Shown: positions 25,818 through 38,282, counted from the whole stretch's first letter. The stretch is DNA of 63,330 bases, filler included, from Octopus bimaculoides (GCF_001194135.2; 5 parts of 5 records of this genome joined end to end with filler, not necessarily neighbours in it); one strand, 5' to 3'. Program-made: numbers and translations. Notes: a model not told the origin generated them from the sequence alone.

Positions 25818-26914
25818 AATATTAATGCCTGCTCAAGTTCAAATCTCTTTAGCACTACGAAGTCTATCTCTATAGAGAATATCTCTCTTTAACCTATAGA
25901 GTATATATGTATGTATGTATCTATGTACGTATGTATGTATGGATCGATGGATAGATAGATATGTATATATATATATATATATACATATTTATATGTGTGT
26001 GGGTGGGTGTATCTGCACGTATATATAAATACATGTGTGTGTGTGTGTGTGTGTGTGTACGTATATGTATGTATTTCTATATGATGGGCTTCCGGACAAA
26101 ATCACTGCCTGTATATATGTTTACACCAAAGAAATATATGAATGATACAGCGAATCGCTAATGTGTATACAAATAATTAATCCATTCTAATGAAGATGGG
26201 GATATCACGACCGCTGTTCTCTACCATCCTTGTTAGTATGTATACAATTATGTACTTTGACTGCTGCTTAGAGCGTCTTAACTCTNNNNNNNNNNTATAT
26301 TGCCACTTAAGTGTGGCTGACCCCTAGGGGTGGATGTTACTGTTGCTTTTAGCCCCAGGAGGACATCTCCTCCAGCTGGCAAACAGGACACAGTCGTGTG
26401 GCTTCTGAACAAGTATATACGGTATTTCAGTAACATGCGTGAAGGTCGTGTCCTTGTAGGCTCAAGTCAACTGACTGTAAGTAATGAAAGAATAAAGTGA
26501 AATAATGTTATTTCAGAGAAAAACAAAACCTACAACTCAACGAGATGACTGAGGACGAATTATGCATTTTCATAGAGTTTTTAAATTCATTAAAATCACC
26601 ATAAATCCTAATTACTCTTGAACAGCTTACCAATTGAGACTTGAAGGCGTCTGGAAATTACTGTAGAATATTTACGATAATTGATGAGTTTTAGTGACGT
26701 CCTTACAAAATGTCACAGTTGTTGCTTTATCACAAGAGATTATCCGGCTTTGTAGTGCACATAAATAAATTAAATTATTGTTAAAACTAGAAGAGTTACA
26801 AGCCATGGACTAATTCACCGCATCATTACCGAATTTTTACTGAATTTGTTCCGAATTTTTAGCGAATGCGTACCGAATTTTCACCAGTAAATACACCTCA
26901 TATTAACTCTATTG

Positions 26915-27145
26915 TGTAAGGCGGCGACCTGGCAGAACTAATTGCGCCCTGGGCAAATTTCTTAACGACATTTCGTCTGTCTTTACGGTTTGAGTTCAAA
27001 TTCTGTCCAGATCGACAGTAACTTCATCCTTTTTGGGATCGATAAAATAAGAATCAGTTAAACACTGGGGTCGATATGATCGACTTCTCACCCTCTACCT
27101 CACGGAATTGCTGGCCTTGTGCCAAAAAGCTGAAACCAGCATTCT
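26915..27145 (+). mobile_element. SINE family A
   Basis: aaggcggcgacctggcagaac...gagttcaaattctg...catcctttttgggatcgataaaataag...ggccttgtgccaaaa. Confidence 0.8.
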
Positions 27146-27250
27146 ATTGTTTCTACTAATCTTCCGCAATTTCTGAATCTCGACCCATTACCTAAACATA
27201 TCACTGAAACTCTATGCAGATATATACTTTGTATTTAGCCTAATTTTCGT

Positions 27251-27617
27251 GGAGGCGTAATGTCCCGGTGGTTAGGGCAGCGGACTCGCGGTCATTGAGA
27301 CGCTGTTTCGATTCCCAGACCGGGCGTTGGGAGTGTTTATTGAGCGAAAACACCTAAAACTCCACGAGGCTCCGACAGGGGGCGGTGGTGAACTCTGCTG
27401 TATTCTTTCACCACAACTTTTTCTCACTCTTTCTTCCTGTTTCTGTTGTACCTGTATTTCATAGGGCCAGCCTTGTCACGTTGAGTCTCCCTGATAACTA
27501 CGTTAAGGGTGCACGTGTCTGTGGAGTGCTCAGCCACTTATACGTTAATTTCACAAGCAGACTGTTCTGTTGATCTGCTCAACTGGGACCCTCGTCGTCG
27601 TAACCGACGGAATGCCA
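27251..27617 (+). mobile_element. tRNA-derived SINE family C, full length
   Basis: Head ggaggcgtaatgtcccggtggttagggcagcggactcgcg...tttcgattcccagaccggg (A-box and B-box); body and tail collinear with the copy at 40069-40453. Confidence 0.9.
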
Positions 27618-29029
27618 CGGATCTAATTAGCTCTAATTAATGCCACAGAACACCTTCCTAAAGCTAAGAGAATTTTGTTTTTGTAATCTTTTCAATTAGT
27701 TATGAATAAACTAATTTTCAATTTTTTCATTTTAAATATTTTTACTGTACTTCAAAATCAAACACTGCAGTAATTAGATCTGAATATAAATTTATGGCCC
27801 TTCCAAACTTTTGTTTTTCTAAAGTCTAGAATATTCTGAGATCAATATATAGAGTACACCTTTCTTCCTCATTCTCTCTCTCTCTCCATCCATCTATATC
27901 TATGTATCTATCTATGCATCTATCTATCTAACCCCATCTTGCAATTTTGGATAAATGAATAAACGGTTGAGTATATGAATGATCATCAAATATATAAACG
28001 TTGAGTGTCATTGGTCCTGTGGCTAAAGACATAACTAGTCGAACAGCACCGAATACCGCGTTCAGAGTTCAATTCTGCTCTGGGCCGGCATTAGACGAGT
28101 GAAATCATACGGAATTTTTTATAGGCGTAGACATGGCGAATGGTTATACACAGTTAAATATAGTTAGGTAGATAGATAACTGTGCTAATCTGAAATTTCT
28201 TAATACTCAGTCATAACACAATTCAGAGATAATTTGGGAAAAATAGTTTTATTTTTTTTCTCCTATTGAAAACTATACCATAATTGACAATTGGTTTCTG
28301 AAAAAGCGTTGCAGAAATACATAAAAACACAATATATGTACAAATATATGATAACATTTTTAATGTTGTATACTGCATAATAATCAAAAATCGATTTACT
28401 AAAACACATTTAATGCGGCTGTAAATGAAATTTCAATTTAGAACTGTAAGTAGAAGGAAGAAAAAAGATGAAGAGAGACGTAGAGAGAGAGAGACAGCGA
28501 GAAATGACAGCCAAATACATAAAACTCGTGCTTGATTTGGTAAACAAAACGAGAAGAGGTGTTTCGGCCATATTGGATTCTCTTTAGTTCCAACATAGGC
28601 TATAGATACGCAGGCGATTGTTATATTTTAATATTATATTATTATATTCTAATCAATCTCTGGAGAGCTGAGTGTTTGGTCGTGAGAAAAATAAGCATTG
28701 TTCGATACTTTCGTGTGTGGTTGTGTTTGCATAGATAGAGAGAGAGAGAGAGAGATTAATACGTGTACACACACCCACACTGACACACACTCGCACGCAC
28801 TCCCTCACACACTAATATAGATAGATAGATAGATAAATAGGTAGGTAGATAGATAGATAGATTGATAGATAGATAGATGCATACGTGCATATATATGTAC
28901 ATATAAGTACATGTATATATACACACGTACATATATGTATATTTATATGTTCGCATGTATATATATATGCATGTATATATGTGTAAAAAAATATATATAT
29001 ATCCATATCTACGCATGTGGATAAAATAC

Positions 29030-29190
29030 AATAAGGCGCAAGCGTGGCTGTGTAGTATGAAGCCTGCTTCCCAACCACATGGTTTCATGTTCAGCCCCAC
29101 TGCGTGGCGCTTTTACAATGGCCTCGAGCCGGCCAAAGCCTTGCGAACTGATCCGAGAGACGGAAACGAAAAGAAGCCCGTCGTGTACAT
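29030..29190 (+). mobile_element. SINE family B, 5' half, running into (GT)n
   Basis: aggcgcaagcgtggctgtgtagtatgaagcctgcttcccaaccacatgg...gaagcccgtcg. Confidence 0.85.
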
Positions 29191-29201
29191 ATATACGCAA
29201 T

Positions 29202-29239
29202 TGTGTGTGTCTTTGTGTGTGTGTCTTTCTGCGTGTTTC

Positions 29240-29328
<89 letters not shown>
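29202..29328. repeat. (GT)n microsatellite
   Basis: Directly visible. Confidence 0.95.
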
Positions 29329-29330
<2 letters not shown>

Positions 29331-30082
29331 CAGACGTAGATTAGCGGCATCACCCTACAAGTCACAGAATCCAAAGAAATCGTGCAGTTGTGAACAATAC
29401 CTGATCTGCTCAATAATTTGGAAAATTTACTGACAGCTCCACTAAAATGACCTTAATATCAGGTTGAAAAATAATCAACAGGCTATTGATGCGATTCCTT
29501 ATCATATACTCCGTACAGGCAGCCGGTTTTTTAAACACATAGGAACACAGATAGTTTATCACTACAGGCCAGGTTAACAGCAGAACCGAATACAATTGGA
29601 TAGTATCAAAGATCTCACACTTGACATCAAAACAAAGGATCAGATAATGAAATAACTTTGGTTTGAAGGGACCACGGCACTTCGATATTCCTCGGAAGTG
29701 CCTAAAAGTGCGATATGCGTGGGGGTAAATGTGGTCAAAATAGAACTGTGCCTCCCCCTGTCAAGAAAACGCAATTCAAGAGAGGTAAACAGGACTGCAA
29801 CGTTAATGAAGATACAGCAACAAAAATATGAGGTGCTCCATTATGGCCGCAGCTCTCCAGCTGAAACAGGTGAACGAGTTACAAAGTAATATTTAAATGA
29901 TATACAGTGATATAGGTTATATCATAAGTGTGTCTTTTAAGCAAAAGCCAAATATACATTGAAATATTAGACACGTCCACAGTTTCGGGGCAAGTTCATA
30001 TGTTCTCATTGTAACGGTGCAAACTTTTCAACTGATGCGAATAATGCGGCATTGATATTGTATTTATTTGTGTTTATATACG

Positions 30083-30139
<57 letters not shown>

Positions 30140-30239
30140 NNNNNNNNNNNNNNNNNNNNNNNNNNNNNNNNNNNNNNNNNNNNTTAATTAATTAANNNNN
30201 NNNNNNNNNNNNNNNNNNNNNNNNNNNNNNNNNNNNNNN
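30140..30239. other. Artificial scaffold linker: 44 N + TTAATTAATTAA + 44 N
   Basis: The identical 100-nt construct occurs four times in the window. The 12-mer places a stop codon in all six frames. Confidence 0.95.
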
Positions 30240-30508
30240 ATCACTACACCCACCCCCATCGCCACCGCCGCTGCCACCGCCACCACCACCACCACCACCA
30301 CCACGAGTGCCACTACCACCACTTGTCCACCATCTGATCACCACCAGCACCACCACCTCCATAAGGATCACAACACCCACCACCACCATCACTACACTCA
30401 CCCCCATCGCCATCATCACAACCCCATCCCCCCACCACCACCGCCGCTACTACCACAACTGCCTCCCCCCCAACTTCCACTAACATTATAGCTGCCGTCA
30501 TCACCACA
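30240..30508. repeat. Compound trinucleotide array (CAC/CAT/CGC)n
   Basis: Directly visible. Confidence 0.9.
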
Positions 30509-30711
30509 CATTTGCATATTTTTACATTCTAAGTGTCAGTTCTGCAGAGGTTATCATTGCTTGATATCCTTCTGGTATTGATTAAAATCAATAACATGCA
30601 AGTACTGAGTCTAGGATAGGGGTTGTGGGTGTTAACTGGTTTTAACCTCTTCCTTAAAATTTGTAGCAATGTGCCAGAGTTATAAAAAAAAAGGGAAAGA
30701 AAATCATAATA

Positions 30712-31110
30712 GGCCTAAGCATGGCTGTGTGGTTAAGAAGCCTGCTTTGTAACCACATTGTTTCAGGTTCAGTCCCACTGTGTGGCAACTAGAGCCAATA
30801 TCTTCTTATTTTTTTATTGCCCACAAGGGGCTAAACAAGGACAAACAAAGGGATTAAGTCGATTACATTGACCCCAGTACATGACTGGTATTTAATTTAT
30901 CGACACTCGAAAGAATGAAAGGCAAGTGGATCTCAGTGGGATTTGAACTCAGAATGTGACAACAGACGAAATACTGCTAAGCATTTCACCCGGCGTGCTA
31001 ACGTTCTTGCTGCCTTCATCGCAAATGTCTTCTACTATAGCCTTGGACCAACCAATGCTTTGTCAGTGAATTTGGTTGATTAAATCCACGAGAAGCCTGA
31101 CATGTGTGAG
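30712..31110 (+). mobile_element. SINE family B interrupted by a SINE-A insertion
   Basis: The head lies before 30797 and the core resumes at about 31021 (gcaaatgtcttctactatagcc). Confidence 0.75.
30798..31015 (-). mobile_element. SINE family A (tail type 2) nested inside a SINE-B copy
   Basis: Interrupts SINE-B between gccaatatcttct and gcaaatgtcttct, a degenerate duplication of the SINE-B motif gcaagtgtcttct. Confidence 0.8.
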
Positions 31111-31849
31111 TGTTGGTGCATATACATATAATTGTTAACAAGGACAACAAATGTTAAGGCAAGGCAAACATCTCAAGTGATATACATTATTATAACACAA
31201 AAAATTTCAGCCTTACAGCCGTTTCTGGGATATCGTAGCATATTGCATATTCCGTCATTGGAGACAAATAAGGAAAATGAGAATGGTATAGATTAATGAA
31301 ATGACGCCATAGAGGACAGGAGTAAAAGAATAAGGAGATGAAGATTTTTTTCTTCTGATGCTCTAATGACTCTTTTTATCCAAAATTCTTACACAACCAT
31401 AGAACAGAAATTTGAGGAGTAGGGTATGTTTGATTAAATTAACGTGCAATACAGAATTGTGATATATTTTTACATCTCCAAATGGATGAAAGGCAGAACT
31501 AAAATAATCCTTCTTCGTCAATTATAATTCTATTCACATTCGGGATGCATTACTGGAATACAAATTGATACAAGCAGTTTAAGCCTATTGTGTTCAATTA
31601 ATAAATTGTAATGCTTCTCTCTCTCTCTCTCTCTCTTACTCTCTGTCCCCCCTCTCTCTCTCTTTGTCCTTCACACTAACTCTCTCTCTTTGTATGTGAA
31701 TATATCTTCTTCATGTGTGTGCATGTGTTCTGCCTCCAGTGTCCAATATGTACCGATGCCAAAACAGGCAGATCATTCATCCAGCCATGCCAAATCGTCA
31801 GCATCCAAGCAATCATACCCAAATGTCTCTTCTTTTGAGATGTAAAGAT

Positions 31850-32062
31850 TATTGGTTTCAAATTTTTGGCACAAGGCCTGCAATTTCGAGGGGAGGTGTC
31901 AAGTCATTTACACCAATATCCCTGGTATTCAACTGGTGCTTATTTTATTGACCCCAAAAGGATCAAAGACAAAGTCAACCCCTAGCATAATTTGAACGAC
32001 AGACGAAACACCTCTGAGCATTTTGCCCGGCACACTAACGATTCTGCCAGTTTTCCACCTTG
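31850..32062 (-). mobile_element. SINE family A, CpG-decayed
   Basis: ttggtttcaaatttttggcacaaggcc...actggtgcttattttattgacccc...gctaacgattctgccag-like head. Confidence 0.75.
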
Positions 32063-32204
32063 AGCCGCAAGTATACTGAAAAAGGTATGGGGGAAGAAGG
32101 GAGAAGTTGAGTGAAAGAGAGAAACACACACACACACATATCACAAGTGTGGACAAACACACATACACACATGCACATGCACTCACACACACATACATAC
32201 ATAC

Positions 32205-32365
32205 AATGGACATCTTTCAGTTTGAATTTACCAAATCATTTCACAAGGCTTTCATCGGCCTAAGGTCATAGAAGAAGACATACACCCAAGGTGTCACGCA
32301 GCAGGACTGAACCCAAAGCAACATGGTTGGGAAGTAAGCTTCTTCACCACAAAGCCATGCCTACA
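32205..32365 (-). mobile_element. SINE family B, 5' half
   Basis: ctttcagtttg...accaaatc...gaagaca...ccaaggtgtcacgcagcaggactgaaccc. Confidence 0.75.
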
Positions 32366-33829
32366 CATAGTGATGATGATGATGATAAGACTGATGTTGT
32401 TTAACCCTAAGTCAGATCTGATAGAGCAGACTCAGCTGTTACCATCTCGACTCTTTGTTTAACTGGGACTAGACTGTCCAATGTTCCCTTCCATTTATAA
32501 GATAGAAGGTTGGATTCGAGGGAAACTTAGCTGCTATTTCCAGCTAGCCGAGCAGGGAAGCGTTTACGTTTGCTTAGCTCTAGTGATATTGGTTGTGTGT
32601 AGTAGCAGTGGTGGTGGTGGTGGTGAGGATGAAGACAATGAAGAAGAAGGGCATTTACATAACCCTCCAGCCCCCGCCCCCACCCACCACCCACTTTCTC
32701 CTCCACCAAACCACATGATATCTTCCATGATTCCACTAAAGCATCCTAGTCACAGCAACTCATTCTCACACATCTCTTCTCACTCAGAATTCCAAACCGA
32801 AGCTGGATTCTAAGGAGATTATAAACCAATAAATAAACAAATGAATACAAATAAAATAAAGAAAAAAAAAAAGAAAAAAAAAGAAAAAAACCCCATTGAT
32901 TTTTATCACAAGTCTGCAACAATGACCTTTGCTGACCTTTGATGACTAACCTTGGCTAACCTGTATCCAGCATACTGAATTGTTGGTTCATAATAATGGT
33001 TAAGCCCATAGAATTGAAATCTCTAAGCTACTGTCACAATCAGCAACACTAACAATTTCATCACTTCCTACCATCACCACCACCACCACCAATACTGCCA
33101 CCAACGGCACCACCATTATCAATACTGCCGCTGCCACCACCACCACCAGCATCGTTATCACCAACTTCGCCGCCACCACCAATATCACCCTCACTTCTTA
33201 CACTCTTACACAATTGCCACGACTGCACTCAGATAATGGCACCACCGTTCTGACGATGGTTTCAATGTCTCTTGGTTTGAAATAATATCCTTTGTTAGTA
33301 TTCCTGCTTGTCTGTCACATGCATAATTCTTCAGTTGCTAAGATTACAATTGATAACTCTTGTGTTTACCAGATTAGTGCAAATGGCAACGCCAAAGCAA
33401 AATAGCCAAGTGGATATTCTGGTGCAACCATCCACAATACCATCCATGCTCACTAGATGACAAACAACCGAATTAAGATGAAATAAAACAAAAAATTCAT
33501 CATGATACACAGTGTAGTCATTAATTAAACACCTACACATCGTTATGCTTTTTTTAAAAACTTTTACTTTTTTATTTGCCTCAATCATTAGACTGTGGTC
33601 ATGCTGGGGCATTGTCTCGAAGAGTTTTTAATCGGGCAAATTGATCCCCCAGCTCTTTTTGTCTTTTTTAAGCCTGGTACTTGTTCTATTATTTTCTTTT
33701 GTCAAACCACTATGTCATGGGAATGTAAACAAACCAGCACTGGTTATCAAGCGGTGGTGGGGAACAAACACCTACACAAAAACATACACAAATCATCATA
33801 AAATGATGATGATGATGATGATATATATG

Positions 33830-34137
33830 GGAGGTTCAATGACCTAGTGGTTAGGGCAGTGGACTCGCAGTTGGAGGATCGCAGTTTCGATTCCCAGACC
33901 AGGTGTTGTGCATGTTTATTGAGCGAAAACACCTAAAGCTCCATGAGGCTCCGGCAGGGGTGGGGGGTGGCGACCCCTGTTGTACTCTTTCGCCCCAACT
34001 TTCTCTCACTCTTTCTTCCTGTTTCTTGAGTGACGCTGCGATGGACTGGCGTCCCATTCAGCTGGGGGAGCACATACACCATAGAAACCGGGAAACCGGG
34101 CCCATGAAACTGGCTAGGCTTTAAAACGGGCACATAA
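33830..34137 (+). mobile_element. SINE family C head and body with a different 3' tail
   Basis: Matches family C up to ctttcttcctgtttct, then continues gctgcgatggactggcgtccc...gaaaccggg. Confidence 0.8.
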
Positions 34138-34189
34138 ATATATATATATATATATATATATAAATCAACTGGCTCCCGTACTGGTGGCA

Positions 34190-34505
34190 TGTAACAAACA
34201 GTTTCTGAATGTCGTTGAAGCCAGTGACCCCTGACTGGCTCTCATGCCAGTGGCACATAAAAAGTACCATTAAAACGTGGTCGATGCCAGTGCTGCCTGA
34301 CTGGCTCCTGTGTTGGTGGTACATAAAAAGCACCTGCTACACTCTCGGAGTGGTTGGCATTAGGAAGGACATCCAGCTGTAGAAACCTTGCCAGATCAGA
34401 TTGGAGCCTGGTGCAGCCACCTAGATTGCCAGTCCTTAGTCAAACCGTCTAACCCATGCCAGCATGGAAACCGGACGTTAAACGATGATGATGATGATGA
34501 TGATG
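34190..34505 (+). mobile_element. Repeat resembling an RTE-LINE 3' tail, ending in (GAT)n; related copies at about 36640-36875, 38370-38680, 45390-45825, 46550-46640 and 50440-50630
   Basis: Recurrent gtggttggcattaggaagg(a/g)catccagctgtagaaac...aacccatgccagcatggaaa..gga(c/t)gttaaa(c/t)gatgatgat. Confidence 0.7.
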
Positions 34506-34514
34506 ATATATACA

Positions 34515-34675
34515 ACAGGCTTTTTTCAGTTTCTGTCTACCAAATCCACTCACAAGGCTTTGGTTATCCTGAGGCTATAGTAGAAGACACTTGTCCAAGG
34601 TGCCATGCAGTGGGACTGAACCCAGAACCATGTGGTTGGGAAGCAAGTTTCTTACCACACAGTCATATCTGCACC
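34515..34675 (-). mobile_element. SINE family B, 5' half
   Basis: ttcagtttctgtctaccaaatccactcacaaggc...gtagaagacacttgtccaaggtgccatgcagtgggactgaac. Confidence 0.85.
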
Positions 34676-35061
34676 TAATTATTACATCTATAATTTATCT
34701 AAACTGCATTATTTTTCTTGCAACTCCAGTTGTATGCAACTGTTATCTACAAATGGGAACTGTACACAACTTGCTTTTATATCTATTGTAGTAGTTTAAT
34801 TGTCATGCCTATGGCTATCATTTGAATCAGTTCCATTGCATATATAACCAATTTAAATGCTGAAAAAACATGTTTTTTTACATGAAGATTGCAGTGGCAT
34901 GAAGATCAGAAAGAAAAAAATAATCCGCTTTATATCTGCAATGTACTCTATGCCATTTGCTGAGCACTCTCTTCCTCTTTCATTAACAAACATTTGAATA
35001 AAAATGTTAAAATGGAATTTTTTCTGCTACATTACCAAGTTAAAGTCAGTTTTTTGTTTAA

Positions 35062-35278
35062 CCTTTTTGATATGAACCCGCCTGAAACTGCCTCTGGCTC
35101 TGAGTACAAATGTCTTGTTTTCATAAGTTTTGAATTCAGATCTTCCACCAAACCTTAGTCACAATTTATATTCCCAACACTAGCTTAATGATAACTAAGT
35201 TATTTTACTAAATTGTTATATTTAAAATTAATTGAAAGAAACACAGAGCATCTCAAAATAAATACAGTAATTAAGGGG
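35062..35278. mobile_element. piggyBac-type MITE, copy 1
   Basis: TTAA|CCTTTTTGATA...GTAATTAAGGGG|TTAA. The internal sequence is highly similar to the adjacent copy 2. Confidence 0.75.
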
Positions 35279-35309
35279 TTAAAATATATAATAGAGAAAC
35301 AATTCTTAA

Positions 35310-35531
35310 CCCTTTTGATACAAACCTGCCTAAAACCGTTTCTGCTTCTGTGGTACAAATGTCTTGTTTTCAAAAGTTTTGAATTAAAATCTTCCACCAA
35401 ACTTTAGTCACAATTTATGTTCCTAACACTAGCTTAATGATAACTAAGTTATTTTACTAAATTCTTTGTTATATTTAAAATTAATTGAAAGAAACACAGA
35501 GCATCTCAACAGAAATATGGTAACAAAAGGG
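35310..35531. mobile_element. piggyBac-type MITE, copy 2
   Basis: TTAA|CCCTTTTGATAC...GTAACAAAAGGG|TTAA: 12-bp TIR with 1 mismatch, TTAA on both sides. Confidence 0.8.
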
Positions 35532-35594
35532 TTAAATGTCATCTTTTTATGCCAGAATAAGAAACTGACATTGCAAATGATATTAGTCAATCAT

Positions 35595-35815
35595 ACTGGT
35601 TTCAAATTCTGGCACAAGGCCAGCAATTTTGAAGGAGGAAAAAAGTCAATTATATCAACCCCAGCATGCAACTGGCACTCATTTTATCAATTGTAAAAGA
35701 ATGAAAGGCAAAGTGGACCTTGATGGAATTTGAACCCAGAATGTAAAGACAGATGAAAAACCACTAAGAATTTTGTCTGGTGTGCTAACAATTCTGCCAA
35801 TTTGTTGCCTTGATA
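35595..35815 (-). mobile_element. SINE family A, CpG-decayed, about 100 nt from the LamG exon donor
   Basis: ggtttcaaattctggcacaaggccagc...gaatgaaaggcaaagtggaccttgatggaatttgaacccagaatgt. Confidence 0.8.
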
Positions 35816-35917
35816 CTGGTCAATAAAAGTCAGAATGAAAAAATATAAAAAATAAAAAATCTAAAATGGAAATAGTAAAAAAAAAAAAACAAGTCTTAGT
35901 AGAATTTCTTTGCCTAC

Positions 35918-36155
35918 CTGATAATAGCAGGACCTGTCCCAAGGTCAAAACGGAATTCAAGATGACCACCACTCATGGCTAGCATAAGGAAGTCTCCTTT
36001 ACGATCTAAGGTGTAACCGTTGTAAAGAATTAGACCATCTAATGAGGTTGGTTTGACAATCATTTCAACTTCAGTGAAGGACAGTGTGCTTCGGTCAAGA
36101 CCATGATATTTCAGGAAGGAATGACCATTGAAACTGGGAACATGCAAGCTTGACT
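35918..36155 (-). CDS. EGFLAM: Internal exon encoding the N-terminal part of a laminin-G domain (pikachurin/agrin/EYS type)
   Basis: Acceptor tgttgtttttcttccattgcAG, 238-nt exon, donor GTAGGC; phase 1 to phase 2. It joins the EGF exon in frame (ET-K-SSLHVPSFNGHSFLKYHGL...GLILYNGYTLDRKGDFLMLAMSGGHLEFRFDLGTGPAII-R). The motifs LYNG, GDF and EFRFDLG.G.A are characteristic of LamG domains of this family. The intervening intron is 36156-41175. Confidence 0.9.
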
Positions 36156-36433
36156 CTGCAATGGAAGAAAAACAACACCACAATAATATAACAATGGTTT
36201 AAAGATTGTAATTGTTGTTAAGATAATTTGAGCAAATAATGGTAGCTGTTGGTTGGGAATAAAATAAAATTAATTCAGGCTTAGAACGAACCCCTACTAT
36301 ACCACAACACAAGATGAAGGACAAAGTAGGTGGTGGTGACGGGGTATGATAGTTGATTACTATATATGATGGCATTCAAGTTACCCTTATTATTAAAAAA
36401 ATATTACCCTGGGTCTTATATTACATACTTTAA

Positions 36434-36894
36434 CCCTTTAGCATTCAGATTACTCTTTCAAATATAATGCTTATTTGTATTATCTTAGACTAATCATGCT
36501 TTGGGACATCTATGATGTGGTTAGTCATTTTAGAATGGCATTATAGGGTAAGTGTGAAAAGCCAAATCTGATCAGTTTGAACATCAAACTTGTAGAATAT
36601 TTAGATTAGAAGTGCTTTGTAAAAAGCATTGGTGATGGTGCCACATAAAAAGCATTGGTGATAGTGTCCCAAAAAGCAATGGTGTTGGTGCCTCATAAAA
36701 ATCATCCAGTACACTCTGTAAAGTGGTTGGCTTTAGGAAGGACATCCAGTTGTAGTAACCAAGCTAAAGAAGACTATGGAACCTGGTGGGGCTCCTGGCC
36801 TTGCCAGCTCCTGTCAAACTATCCAACCCATGCCAACATGGAAAATATATGTTAAATGATGATGATGATGATGATCAGTTTAAATGCTGAAAGG
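36434..36894. mobile_element. Second piggyBac-type MITE family, with an RTE-tail repeat inserted at about 36640-36875
   Basis: TTAA|CCCTTTAGCATT at the left end and AATGCTGAAAGG|TTAA at the right end. Confidence 0.6.
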
Positions 36895-37224
36895 TTAAAT
36901 GCACTAAAACTAGTTTTTTTCCTGAATATGCTCTGTTGAAATTGGGGTGTACCTAATGTGTCCGTGTGTCTTTTAGGCCATCAAATATGATAAATGAACT
37001 TCCTTCAACCAGTTTTTGACTGCTACTTATCTGATTAATCTTGGAGACATTTCAAAACCGAATCTGGCCCAGGATATTTAAGCATAAAATATAAATGGAA
37101 ATAACTAGACACATGAAGACACCTTGTCTGGCATTCTGGTCATTTTTGCCACTTCACAGCCTTTGGAGAATAATTAGAATGGCAACAACAACGTTAGCAA
37201 CATTATCAGTGGAAAATGAAAATA

Positions 37225-37760
37225 AAATTAACGAACTTGAGAGACAAAAAAATAATGAAATAAGATAATAAGAACATAAGACAACAGTAATGAAGACAAA
37301 AAAAAATTATGATAACAACAGCAACAGCAACAACAAAAACATTGACAACAGGAACAGTAATTGCAAGAATAATATCAATAACAACAATAATAATGATAAC
37401 AGGTAACAAGTAAAACAATAATAACAACAGCAGTGGTGGTGGTGGCAGCGACGATGACATCATCATCATCAGTGGCAGTAACAACACCAACAACAACAAG
37501 AACTGTAGTAGCAAGGGTGAAACAAAGCCAGAGTCACAATAACACTAATATCAATTATTACCAGAAAAATGTGGGTTACGAGATTATATATGTGTTTTAT
37601 TCAATTATTTTTAATGAGGATGTAAGGGGTAAGGAAAGAAAGGAGGGGCAGAGAAAGAAGAAGAACAAGAAGAAGAACAAGAAGTGAAAGAAGAAAGACA
37701 AGAAAATGAAGAAAGACAAGAAGAAGAAGAAGTAGAGGAAATAGAATGAGATTGGAGAAG
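37225..37760. repeat. Low-complexity (AAC/AAT/CAG)n and (GAA)n arrays
   Basis: Directly visible. Confidence 0.85.
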
Positions 37761-37889
37761 AAACCTCGTTATGGTGATTAGGATAAGAAATATGGGAACA
37801 AAATTAGACAAAATGCAAGACCTAGAATTTTCAATAATTTAATAACAAAGGGTGAATGTGATTGTGTGAGGAGAGAAAGGATGAGAGCA

Positions 37890-38090
37890 TCCTGGCACTC
37901 CATTGGTTGCTATAGTGAGGGTTCCAGTTGATCTGATTGAACAAAACAGCCTGCTCATGAAACTTATTGAAATTAATGTGAAAGTGGCTGAGTATTCCAC
38001 AGACACATATACCCTTAATGTAGTTCTCAGGAAGATTCAGCATGATACAGAGTGTGACAATACTGGCCCCTTTTGTATTACAGGTACAAC
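37890..38090 (-). mobile_element. SINE family C, 3' part, CpG-decayed
   Basis: gagggttccagttgatctgattgaacaaaacagcctgctcatgaaa...gtggctgagtattccacagacac...gtagttctc. Confidence 0.75.
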
Positions 38091-38144
38091 TCATTTTTGC
38101 CAGCTGGAGCAATGTAAAATGAAGCATCTTTATTCTGCATATAA

Positions 38145-38282
38145 GGCACATGGTTCAGCGGTTAGAGCATCGGGCTCACAATCATGAGGTAGTAAGTTCA
38201 ATTTCTGGACCAGACTGCATGTTGTGTTCTTGAGCAAGACACTTTATTTCATGTTGGTCCAGTTCACTCAGCTGTAGAAATN
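38145..38282 (+). mobile_element. tRNA-derived SINE family D, truncated by a gap
   Basis: ggcacatggttcagcggttagagcatcgggctcacaatcatgagg...agttcaatt...ttgagcaagacacttt...ccagttcactcagctgta. Confidence 0.75.

Noticed and set aside
26820-26890. Degenerate 9-11 bp ccgaattt repeats; also a roughly 43-bp tandem pair at about 54160-54240
   Set aside because: Ordinary short tandem duplications with no further structure.
27251-27330. tRNA-like sequences with A and B boxes (also about 33830, 38145, 40380-40453 and 56950)
   Set aside because: They are SINE heads continuing into shared bodies and tails; no complete cloverleaf with an acceptor stem is evident.
29410-29460. Possible 51-nt minus-strand exon (GHFSGAVSKFSKLLSRS) as a further pikachurin exon
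   Set aside because: Weak acceptor, phase 1 rather than the required phase 2, and no match to the expected LamG continuation (WH, SRTG, LGG motifs).
33331-33612. Minus-strand ORF with an AG acceptor-like site downstream of the LamG exon (also 31676-31861)
   Set aside because: The phase-2 reading hits a stop and no frame resembles LamG or EGF sequence.
35914-36183. ORF-track boundaries of the LamG ORF (and 41072-41422 for the EGF ORF)
   Set aside because: The starts and stops lie in introns. The splice-defined exons are 35918-36155 and 41176-41301.
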